In this document: piece by piece, positions 7,893 through 14,174 of the stretch | Layout of the letters: each line of letters starts with the position of its first letter | How positions within the stretch are numbered: position 1 is the first letter of the stretch | Assembly (NCBI GenBank): GCA_013289515.1 | Contig: JABCZU010000031.1 | Span: 1 to 14,174 of the forward strand | DNA from: Candidatus Babelota bacterium | GTDB taxonomy: Bacteria; Babelota; Babeliae; Babelales; RVW-14 | Direction of reading: 5' to 3' | DNA length: 14,174 nt | The notes under the pieces: generated by a model | The model's database searches: none | What the model was told of the DNA's origin: nothing | Seen by the model: only the letters and a program-made list of their open reading frames with translations | Translations under genes and position numbers: made by a program

Positions 7893-9110
7893 CTATTTTT
7901 TTCCATTAGAATCTTTTATTTTGCAACGCTCACCAAACCACCAAGGTCTGCGTTGCCTTGCTATGTCTGGTAGGGCAAGGCAAGCATCACCGCTGATTAC
8001 TTGAAGAACGTCCAACACCCCTTGATCTCGCGCAGCAGCCACTAGTATCTTGACTATTTGATGGTTACCCCTCATATAATACGCTCGATGTAAGGCTGTA
8101 AAGCCATCATTATCTTTACTGACAAGCATCTGAGCACACACGCCTTGCTCTTTTGCAGCAGCAAGCAGGTCTATAACCATCTCATCGTACTTAGTCCAAC
8201 ATGCGTGATGCAACGCCGTCCAGCCTTGACAATCCTTGCAGGTCAACAAGGCTGCGAGTATTCCTTCATCCTGTGCAGCCGTAATGATTGCTGCGGGCGC
8301 GTCATGTATGCATATGTTATTGGGCTCCCTGTCAAGTATGCCCGTTTGTTTACGCTCAACTCTAATTTCCTTGCCATACGTGGCGGCCTTATGCAGCACT
8401 GTCTGGCCTTTAGTATTTTTGGTAGAGAGAAGCCAGGCACGTATTCCCTCATCATGTGCAGCAGCAAGTAACGTTGTAACGTTCGTATAATTTTCTAAAC
8501 CTGGCGAAAGCGCATAATGCAACGCAGTATCACCATAAACATCTTTGGCCATTAAATAATCAGTACGTACTTCCATGCGCTTTGCGGCAAGAAGCACGGC
8601 TAATACTACCTTACTACGGTTCTGGTCTGCAAGATCATGCAGGAGTGTTCTGCCATCTACTCGAACAGAACCACACAACGCCGCCCTCATATGGTTACGA
8701 CCAGCCACCGAATTATCAACAACCTCGTTAGCAAGACGATGCCATAACCGCACTATTTCATTAATTGTTTTTGTGTACTGTAGCCCCTTTATGTCCGCAA
8801 TAAAGCCTTTGCTAACAGGCGTAAACCGTGCTTGCTCCTTACAGCCTTTTTTATAATTCTCCAGCATTTGATAGAGACAATCTGCCTGGAGCGCAAAAAG
8901 ATAGCGTACCACTTCTTGGACTATGTCCTTTGGTAGTCTATCCAACCAGGGCACTGCACCGTCTTCACGAGCAGCCCTGGCACAATGGTCAGTGTCAATT
9001 TCAATACTATCGTCATCGTTGTGTGTAGTACCACCCTGCATGCCGTAGGCCGATGTGCTAGAGGTGATCAGGGCTAACATTATTATTGTTATCTTTTTAG
9101 TATGGTTCAT
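7893..9110 (-). CDS. Ankyrin-repeat protein with signal peptide and an F-box-like motif
   Basis: The signal peptide is MNHTKKITIIMLALITSSTSAYG. LDRLPKDIVQEVVRYLFAL resembles the F-box core (LP.EIL..I..YL). Multiple ANK units follow (GRTLLHDLADQNRSKVVLAVLLAA; GDTALHYALSPG; GQTVLHKAATYG; GWTALHHACWTKYDEMVIDLLAAA; GFTALHRAYYMRGNHQIVKILVAAA). Confidence 0.83.
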   Translation of the reverse strand: MNHTKKITIIMLALITSSTSAYGMQGGTTHNDDDSIEIDTDHCARAAREDGAVPWLDRLPKDIVQEVVRYLFALQADCLYQMLENYKKGCKEQARFTPVSKGFIADIKGLQYTKTINEIVRLWHRLANEVVDNSVAGRNHMRAALCGSVRVDGRTLLHDLADQNRSKVVLAVLLAAKRMEVRTDYLMAKDVYGDTALHYALSPGLENYTNVTTLLAAAHDEGIRAWLLSTKNTKGQTVLHKAATYGKEIRVERKQTGILDREPNNICIHDAPAAIITAAQDEGILAALLTCKDCQGWTALHHACWTKYDEMVIDLLAAAKEQGVCAQMLVSKDNDGFTALHRAYYMRGNHQIVKILVAAARDQGVLDVLQVISGDACLALPDIARQRRPWWFGERCKIKDSNGKK

Positions 9111-9175
9111 AGGTGCTTCCAGCTATTTTAATCGAGGATTTCTATACGTCAGTAATATCTAACGCAGCCCATCTG

Positions 9176-9250
9176 TTTTGGCGTCAGGCCATATTTGTTA
9201 ACCGGCTCTTTGTCAATACCAGGCATGTTATACAACACGTTCAATATGAT
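9176..9250 (-). pseudogene. Remnant of the 3' end of a paralogous ankyrin gene
   Basis: The minus-strand reading ...ILNVLYNMPGIDKEPVNKYGLTPKQM... parallels the C-terminus of the downstream intact gene (...LAVLYNVPGIIKRAGQ*). In a +1 frame that gene continues as KEPVNKAGQTPKMM. DNA similarity extends past the stop (TTTGGCGTCAGGCC vs TTCGGCGTCTGACC). There is no long ORF upstream of the remnant. Confidence 0.4.
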
Positions 9251-9351
9251 GGGATTATAGCGAATTTGCCCGCATAAATAAAGAGATGCATGTTTGATAC
9301 ATGCAAAAGCCTGTGATGAGTGTAATCATCGGGAAAAAGAGGCAAAAAAGA

Positions 9352-9387
9352 GCCGCAACAGACAACAGTTTAGTCATCCATTGCGGC
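9352..9387. repeat. Short dispersed repeat, copy 1: GCCGCAACAGACAACAGTTTAGTCATCCATTGCGGC (ends form the 7-bp inverted pair GCCGCAA / TTGCGGC)
   Basis: About 30 of 34 positions are identical to 12368..12403. A partial third copy (CCGCAACAGATAACC) lies at 13322..13336. Confidence 0.45.
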
Positions 9388-9438
9388 AAGCGATTTATCT
9401 TTTGCTATTGACGCATCATTTTCGGCGTCTGACCTGCT

Positions 9439-10707
9439 TTATTGACCGGCTCTTTTTATAATGCCAGGCACATTATACAGCACTGCCAATCTGGCTAATT
9501 GTTTAGGGCTGTTGTCATGGTTACTGTGCTCGGCATAGTGCAGTGGCGTATTGCCATACCTATCAAAAGCATTTACGTCAGCGCCATAGTGCAATAAAAG
9601 CTGCATAAGCTCAATAGACTCTTCGGCTGCAAAGTGCAGCGGCGTTTTCCTGTCATTAGCTCGAGCATCAACATTTGCACCATGTTCAAGTAAAAATGTT
9701 GCTCGAGATACAGATTGAGCAAGCTTTATCCCTATGGAACAAAAGACAGTGATATAGAGCGGCGTTAGTCCTGTATCACCTTTACAGTTTATATAGGCTC
9801 CATATTCAAGAAGTAACTTGGTATATCTATTCCTATCAACGTGATCATCGCGCATCTCAGCTGCATAACACAGTGGCGGTTTACTACCGGATACTAGCAT
9901 AAGCATATGTGCAATCGCAATACGCTTATGACGCTGCACACGGCCTTCAGTAGAACAACATTCAACAGCCTGACGCTCTAGCCTAATTCTATTAGCTATC
10001 GTTGCTGGCATTTCACCAATTGTATCAATCAATCCATTTGGATTGGCACCATCGACAAGGAGCTGGGTTGCTAGTGCAAAATTGCCATCATCTATAGCCT
10101 TGTTCAGCTCGATGCCCTGATTTGGATCGATACCGTATTCCGTCATAACATTGCTAAGCGCATCTAAAACAAGCGCTGCTCGGCCTAGATTAGGCTCAGC
10201 GGCAAGCAGGTGTAGAATGGTGCCGCCGTTAGGATTGATGCGGTTCACTAACATGCCATCATGTATGGCAAAGCCTTGGACATCGTGTAAATAATTAAAA
10301 ACCTCACATGCTGCTGGATAAAGCCTAACATTTGGATAGGAGTATCCCAATACTATATTGGTTAGATCAGGAATTGGGATGCATTGGTCAAGTTGTGCAT
10401 ATTCAACGGTCTGTCTAGTGCCCGGGTCTGGCATCAAGCTATTAACTGCATCAACAATGGATTCATCAAAAGCCTGGTTGCGTAGGCTGATACCTTCCAA
10501 AAGAGCGCTTTGACCTTCATGTGGCAAGCTAGATGAGCTTGATGATGAGCTACTAGATGATGAACTACTGGATGAAGGCTGGCCGGACGGATCAATGTTG
10601 ATGTGATTGGTGCTATTGTTGTTCTGCATACCGAACACACTGGACTGACCAATGTCAACAATAAGAAGCACAGCTACAGCGCTGCGTAATAACGTTTGAG
10701 ACTTCAT
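9439..10707 (-). CDS. Ankyrin-repeat protein with signal peptide and a 16-residue poly-serine tract
   Basis: The start at ATG 10707 has a perfect AAGGAGG SD 8 nt upstream; the tracked ORF start 10746 is less likely. The signal peptide is MKSQTLLRSAVAVLLIVDIGQSSVFG. S16 lies at aa 45-60, encoded by mixed Ser codons. C-terminal ANK units are GDTGLTPLYITV...LLEHGANVDARANDRKTPLHFAAEESIELMQLLLHYGADVNAFDRYGNTPLHYA. Confidence 0.85.
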   Translation of the reverse strand: MKSQTLLRSAVAVLLIVDIGQSSVFGMQNNNSTNHINIDPSGQPSSSSSSSSSSSSSSSSLPHEGQSALLEGISLRNQAFDESIVDAVNSLMPDPGTRQTVEYAQLDQCIPIPDLTNIVLGYSYPNVRLYPAACEVFNYLHDVQGFAIHDGMLVNRINPNGGTILHLLAAEPNLGRAALVLDALSNVMTEYGIDPNQGIELNKAIDDGNFALATQLLVDGANPNGLIDTIGEMPATIANRIRLERQAVECCSTEGRVQRHKRIAIAHMLMLVSGSKPPLCYAAEMRDDHVDRNRYTKLLLEYGAYINCKGDTGLTPLYITVFCSIGIKLAQSVSRATFLLEHGANVDARANDRKTPLHFAAEESIELMQLLLHYGADVNAFDRYGNTPLHYAEHSNHDNSPKQLARLAVLYNVPGIIKRAGQ

Positions 10708-10877
10708 AAGGGTAACCTCCTTGTGATTTTGGATAAAAAAATACAACTTCCTCTAGCTTGCCATATAAAATTACAAATTAGAAAAAATTAATAAAATACG
10801 CGACTTTTAGCCACTTTTAAGCATTTTTCTGGACGTTTAATATTTTTTGGCATTCAGCGAAGGCGCAATAAGAAAAA

Positions 10878-10896
10878 GTCCAGACGGGGTCTGGAC
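10878..10896 (-). terminator. Perfect 8-bp hairpin GTCCAGAC-GGG-GTCTGGAC; on the minus strand it is followed by TTTTTCTTATT
   Basis: Direct reading. The geometry fits a rho-independent terminator for minus-strand transcription entering from the right, or an insulator upstream of the 10707 ankyrin promoter. The transcript it would end is unknown. Confidence 0.3.
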
Positions 10897-10906
10897 AATT
10901 AAAATT

Positions 10907-11010
10907 ATAGACATGGTTATGTCTATCGGTTATGTTTAGCTCTGGCAAATGTCGGATTTGCAGACTACAAATATCGGATTTGCAAGCCATAAATGTCGAA
11001 AGTGCCGATA
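10907..11010 (+). promoter_or_regulatory. Palindrome ATAGACAT-ggtt-ATGTCTAT followed by three direct repeats AAATGTCGGATTTGCAG / AAATATCGGATTTGCAAG / AAATGTCGAAAGTGC at 21-22 bp spacing, upstream of the AAA+ ATPase gene
   Basis: Direct reading. The repeats end 50 bp before ATG 11059, and the upstream alternative start ATG 10993 lies inside the third repeat. A protein-binding function (operator, iteron-like) is inferred only. Confidence 0.4.
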
Positions 11011-11058
11011 GATTTATTCCGCGCTAATAGCTATTTTAATACAAAGGGACGGTTTTTT

Positions 11059-12243
11059 ATGTACATAAAAAGAATACAAGAAAAAGACATCGAGAAGAGT
11101 GCCAAATTTTTCTCGGTTATTGCAATTCTTGGCCCTCGCCAATCAGGAAAAACCACGTTAGCTAAACAACTTTTTTCCAAGCACACATACACATCGCTAG
11201 AAAATATAGATACGCGTAACGCAGCCCAGTACGATCCACGAACCTTTCTAGAACTTCATAGCAACAATAATAAGCATGGCCTGATCATAGATGAGTTTCA
11301 ACATGTGCCAGACCTGCTTTCGTACATTCAGACGATGGTAGATGCCCAGCAAAAGCAGGGATATTTTGTTCTTACCGGTTCACAAAATTTTTTGGCAAAC
11401 CAAGCAATAGCACAATCCCTGGCAGGCCGCGTCTCTTTGCATACGCTCTTGCCGTTGTCCATAGATGAACTCGAGGCTCATAATATCCTGCCTCAGGATA
11501 TTGAATCCGTACTGTATCACGGATTGTATCCTGCAATCTATACAAAAAAAACACCGCCCAACCTGCTGTATCGCCAATACATACGCACCTACATAGAGCG
11601 TGATGTCCGCCAACTAACACAGGTGGGTGATTTAAAAACATTTCAGACCTTTTTGATGCTCTGTGCCGAACGTGTTGGACAAAATATTAATTTTACTGAG
11701 ATCGGCAAAGCATGCCAAATAAGCGATCAAACCGTCAAACGATGGATTGCTATTTTGGAAGCCAGCTACATCATCTTTACGCTGCAGCCATACGAGAAGA
11801 CACTCAGTAAACGTTTTATTAAAAGCCCTAAGCTGTATTTTTATGATTCCGGACTTGTATGTTCCTTGCTCAAAATAAAACAGGATGAATTAATACAACA
11901 CCCAAAGCGAGGAAATATTTTTGAGTCATTTGTCATAGCAGAAATCATGAAACAGTTCTACAACCATGGGCAAGATCCAACACTCTACTTCTGGAAAGAC
12001 CAACAGGAACATGAGGTTGATTGTATAATCCATTACGGACGCCACCTTATTGCCATAGAGATAAAATCCAGCAGAACGGCAAATAAAAATTTTCTTACCA
12101 ATCTATCGTATTGGAAAAACATTGCCCCACCGGCTCATGACAAGTGTTACGTTGTTTACGGTGGCAATAAACAGGATATTTCCGGGTATAAAGAATTTGT
12201 AAGCTGGCAGTCAATTGCCACGATTATGAATTTCTTAGATTAA
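11059..12243 (+). CDS. AAA+ superfamily ATPase, COG1373 / DUF4143-containing family
   Basis: A Walker A motif ILGPRQSGKTTL lies near the N-terminus, Walker B-like GLIIDEFQHVP follows, and the C-terminal region is typical of the DUF4143 ATPase family. AAGGGA lies 9 nt upstream of ATG 11059. The tracked 10993 start adds 22 residues encoded by the repeat region. Confidence 0.85.
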   Translation: MYIKRIQEKDIEKSAKFFSVIAILGPRQSGKTTLAKQLFSKHTYTSLENIDTRNAAQYDPRTFLELHSNNNKHGLIIDEFQHVPDLLSYIQTMVDAQQKQGYFVLTGSQNFLANQAIAQSLAGRVSLHTLLPLSIDELEAHNILPQDIESVLYHGLYPAIYTKKTPPNLLYRQYIRTYIERDVRQLTQVGDLKTFQTFLMLCAERVGQNINFTEIGKACQISDQTVKRWIAILEASYIIFTLQPYEKTLSKRFIKSPKLYFYDSGLVCSLLKIKQDELIQHPKRGNIFESFVIAEIMKQFYNHGQDPTLYFWKDQQEHEVDCIIHYGRHLIAIEIKSSRTANKNFLTNLSYWKNIAPPAHDKCYVVYGGNKQDISGYKEFVSWQSIATIMNFLD

Positions 12244-12284
12244 AAAACGGGGCGAGCAACAACCAGCCTTCGCCAGAGCAGACG

Positions 12285-12395
12285 ATGTATCTGGCCATTG
12301 CTGATGCGTACCTGGACAAAATCATGAGCTATGACCAGTGGCTCAACAGCCGCCTGGAAAGCAAAATGCCACAACAGATAACCATTTAGTCATCC
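12285..12395 (+). other. Short protein-like open frame, probable gene fragment
   Basis: The frame reads (QPSPEQT)MYLAIADAYLDKIMSYDQWLNSRLESKMPQQITI*, below the ORF-track length cutoff. It ends inside a copy of the dispersed motif at 12368..12403. There is no SD, and the call is made on composition only. Confidence 0.2.
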
Positions 12396-12403
12396 ATTAA
12401 GGC
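12368..12403. repeat. Short dispersed repeat, copy 2: GCCACAACAGATAACCATTTAGTCATCCATTAAGGC
   Basis: Matches 9352..9387. The flanking motifs CTGTCGAAGGGA (12412) and TATAGAAGGC (12447) also recur at 3037 and 13307. Confidence 0.45.
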
Positions 12404-12481
12404 TGGGAGCTCTGTCGAAGGGAAGGGCAAACCCAACTTCTTCCCCTTTATAGAAGGCCGCAATGCTACTATTGATTGTAG

Positions 12482-12847
12482 CTATTGTCGCGTGACACTT
12501 AATCCAAAGCCCATTGCATAAAGCAATGCCGTAAGTGACAAGAACTCTGGATTACCGCTTGCTGAAAGTATTTTATAAAGGTTTTCTCGTCGTAAATGAG
12601 CGCGCTTGGCAAGAGCACTCATACTTCCTTGTGCTTGGGCAACATGTCGAAGCGCCATAAGGAAAAGTTTTTTTGACTCTTCGTCTCCCTTAAGACTCTC
12701 TACCAATGCAGCATTTAAATATGCAGTGGCATTATTGATATCCTTAAGAAAGACAATCAAGTTATTGTGATAATCTGCCTGTGGCGGCATTGTAGATTTT
12801 TTGACAACTTTTTTTGTATCAGTCATCGTTTTTATTTTTTTATCCAT
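12482..12847 (-). CDS. Addiction-module antidote protein (HTH, HigA-like antitoxin partner of the Gp49/HigB-type killer)
   Basis: From the internal ATG 12847 the protein reads MDKKIKTMTD...ADYHNNLIVFLKD...AYLNAALVE...LFLMALRHVAQAQGSMSALAKRAHLRRENLYKILSASGNPEFLSLTALLYAMGFGLSV. The pattern AYLNAA...L..V..A.G...LA...G..RENLY..LS..GNP....L..L..A.G matches the putative addiction module antidote family. It overlaps the toxin stop by 8 nt. Confidence 0.8.
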   Translation of the reverse strand: MDKKIKTMTDTKKVVKKSTMPPQADYHNNLIVFLKDINNATAYLNAALVESLKGDEESKKLFLMALRHVAQAQGSMSALAKRAHLRRENLYKILSASGNPEFLSLTALLYAMGFGLSVTRQ

Positions 12848-13175
12848 GTTTTTCCCCTCGCATTTTATAAATCTCGAGATATTTTTTTGCTTTAGCAATA
12901 TCCTTCGCTTGGGACCCTTTGTCCCCTCCGCATAGCAATAGCACAATCTTGGAACCAACCTTGCTGAAATACACCCTATACCCAGGCCCGATATAAAATT
13001 TGAGTTCATAAATTCCAGTGCCTACAGGGGTACACGTACCAAAATTACCCATCCTCATGCGATCAAGTCGCAATCGAATTGTTATCTGAGCTTCTTTATC
13101 AGAAAGCTTATCAAGCCAATCATAAAATGGGACCTTACCGGTGTCTGTCCAGTAGGCAATTAATTTATAATCCAT
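12840..13175 (-). CDS. Addiction-module killer protein (RelE/ParE superfamily, Gp49-like / HigB-type toxin)
   Basis: MDYKLIAYWTDTGKVPFYDWLDKLSDKEAQITIRLRLDRMRMGNFGTCTPVGTGIYELKFYIGPGYRVYFSKVGSKIVLLLCGGDKGSQAKDIAKAKKY carries the family signature GNFGD..PVG.G..EL+...GPGYRVYF....I.LLCGGDK..Q.KDI..AK. The order is toxin first, antitoxin second, as in higBA. Confidence 0.85.
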   Translation of the reverse strand: MDYKLIAYWTDTGKVPFYDWLDKLSDKEAQITIRLRLDRMRMGNFGTCTPVGTGIYELKFYIGPGYRVYFSKVGSKIVLLLCGGDKGSQAKDIAKAKKYLEIYKMRGEKHG

Positions 13176-13181
13176 AAATAC

Positions 13182-13210
13182 ATGTTACTTAAAAAACACA
13201 TCATTGTCAA
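13182..13210 (-). promoter_or_regulatory. Candidate sigma70-type promoter of the toxin-antitoxin operon
   Basis: On the minus strand, TTGACA (13210..13205), a 17-nt spacer, TAACAT (13187..13182), then 6 nt to the toxin ATG. This implies a leaderless or very short leader. GTGATAAC / GTTATCAC half-sites nearby at 13211 and 13273 could be antitoxin operators. Confidence 0.3.
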
Positions 13211-13339
13211 GTGATAACATACTTGTTTAACTAAAACGCGCATTGAGTCATGTTATTAGTATAATTATGCACTGATAACGAGTGTTTCTTTAAGGGCACG
13301 AACGCCTATAGAAGGCAAAGAACCGCAACAGATAACCGT

Positions 13340-13500
13340 CTGCGCCCTGCCGCCTGTGTCGCTGCTTGCCCCGCCGCCTGCTCAGCCGCCCGCCCTGCCG
13401 TAGTAATACGAAGGCTGGTAGCTGTGCGTAGGCTAGTAGCCATGCGTAGGTTGGTAGCTCATTAGAGCGACGGCGTAGAGCCACGAAGAGCGAAGATGGG
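13340..13500. repeat. GC-rich degenerate tandem repeats (GCC-rich units, then three or more units of about 18 bp: GCTGGTAGCTGTGCGTAG / GCTAGTAGCCATGCGTAG / GTTGGTAGCTCATTAGAG)
   Basis: Direct reading. The units share GGTAGCTGTG and AGAGCCACGAAGAG with the LRR tandem repeats immediately to the right. This suggests eroded LRR-repeat DNA downstream of the current LRR stop. Confidence 0.4.
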
Positions 13501-13516
13501 CTGTGCCCCAAAAATA

Positions 13517-14174
13517 CTAATGTGACACATGAACCGGATTTGGTTGTCGATTTCTAAGCGCTTCTACCAGAGCAATTGCCTGCTGTGTCAGCTGGTTGTT
13601 GTATAGGTACAGCCTTTGAAGAGCAACAAGGTTGCCCATGCTGTCAGGTAGCTGTTTCAGCTGGTTGTTGATTAGCCACAGCCCTTGAAGAGCCACAAGG
13701 TTGCCTATGCTGTCAGGTAGCTGTGCCAGCTGGCTGTTGTTTAGGTCCAGCACTCGAAGAGCCACAAGGCTGCCTATGCTGTCTGGTAGCTGTTTCAGCT
13801 GGTTGTTGTTTAGGTCCAGCACTCGAAGAGCCACAAGATTGCCTATGCTGTCTGGTACCTGTGTCAGCCGGTTGTTGTCTAGGTACAGCTCTTGAAGAGC
13901 CACAAGCTTGCCTATGCTGCCTGGTAGCTGTGTCAGCCGGTTGTTGCCTAGGTACAGCCTTTGAAGAGCCACAAGATTGCCTATGCTGCCTGGTAGCTGT
14001 TTCAGCTGGTTGTTGTATAGGTACAGCAATTGAAGCGGGCGCCGTGCGTTTTCAACGAGAAGAACATCAATAATACCTGCAAGTGAGGTTAGGTTTAAGG
14101 CGCTTAAATCAACAGGATCATGAACGTTTTGCCTTCCTTCAATGCGCTGCATAATGAGGGTGATACGTGGCATA
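13517..14174 (-). CDS. Leucine-rich repeat protein (eukaryotic-like 23-residue LRRs); the N-terminus is at or beyond the window edge
   Basis: Seven consecutive units of the form L.QLP(G/D)SIGNLVAL(Q/R).L.L.NN(Q/R)L.Q are present. The ORF reaches the last complete codon of the window, so the real start may be outside it. Confidence 0.85.
   Translation of the reverse strand, partial: MPRITLIMQRIEGRQNVHDPVDLSALNLTSLAGIIDVLLVENARRPLQLLYLYNNQLKQLPGSIGNLVALQRLYLGNNRLTQLPGSIGKLVALQELYLDNNRLTQVPDSIGNLVALRVLDLNNNQLKQLPDSIGSLVALRVLDLNNSQLAQLPDSIGNLVALQGLWLINNQLKQLPDSMGNLVALQRLYLYNNQLTQQAIALVEALRNRQPNPVHVSH
13590..14030. repeat. 69-bp tandem repeat array (about 6.5 units, roughly 85-95 percent identical) encoding the LRR units
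   Basis: Units begin near 13648, 13717, 13786, 13855, 13924 and 13993. Adjacent units 13717 and 13786 are nearly identical (TTGTTTAGGTCCAGCACTCGAAGAGCCACAAG in both). Confidence 0.8.

Noticed and set aside
7281-8856. Plus- and minus-strand ORFs of 66-110 aa inside the 345-aa and ankyrin genes, plus 8828..9028
   Set aside because: They are shadows of longer homology-supported or signal-peptide-bearing frames on the minus strand.
13290-13511. 73-aa minus-strand ORF (Arg/Gly-rich)
   Set aside because: It lies entirely in the GC-rich degenerate tandem-repeat tract. The composition-driven open frame has no start context, so it is treated as non-coding repeat DNA.
13590-14073. Periodic array considered as possible CRISPR; plus-strand ORFs 13701..13895 and 13723..14073
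   Set aside because: The 69-bp units are contiguous with no unique spacers and encode in-frame LRR units on the minus strand. The plus-strand ORFs are antisense periodic artifacts of the tandem repeat.

Overview
This 14.2 kb window looks like an accessory, host-interaction-type region of an intracellular or amoeba-associated bacterium. That host assignment is an inference from gene content, not a database result.

Left to right, the window contains:
- The 5' part of a Fic-family gene running off the window start (minus strand).
- A 405-bp cassette bounded by 32-bp terminal inverted repeats that encodes a small GIY-YIG nuclease.
- A translationally coupled NfeD-like plus flotillin (SPFH) membrane pair.
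- A structured inverted-repeat element between convergent genes.
- A WD40-like propeller protein with a signal anchor.
- Alanine racemase.
- A run of Sec-signal-peptide-bearing eukaryotic-like repeat proteins: three ankyrin-repeat proteins (one with a 16-residue poly-Ser tract, one with an F-box-like motif), one domain-less secreted protein, and a leucine-rich-repeat protein built from near-identical 69-bp tandem units at the right edge.
- A stand-alone AAA+ ATPase (COG1373/DUF4143 type) preceded by a palindrome and three direct repeats.
- An overlapping HigB-like killer / HTH antidote toxin-antitoxin pair.

The intergenic DNA carries signs of decay and repeat activity. These include a duplicated 3' remnant of an ankyrin gene, a short dispersed motif family at three loci, and a GC-rich degenerate tandem repeat that resembles eroded LRR-repeat sequence.

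No rRNA, tRNA or CRISPR was recognised.

The ORF track appears to accept GTG starts, since the WD40 and alr ORFs begin at GTG. The track does not list the edge-truncated Fic gene.
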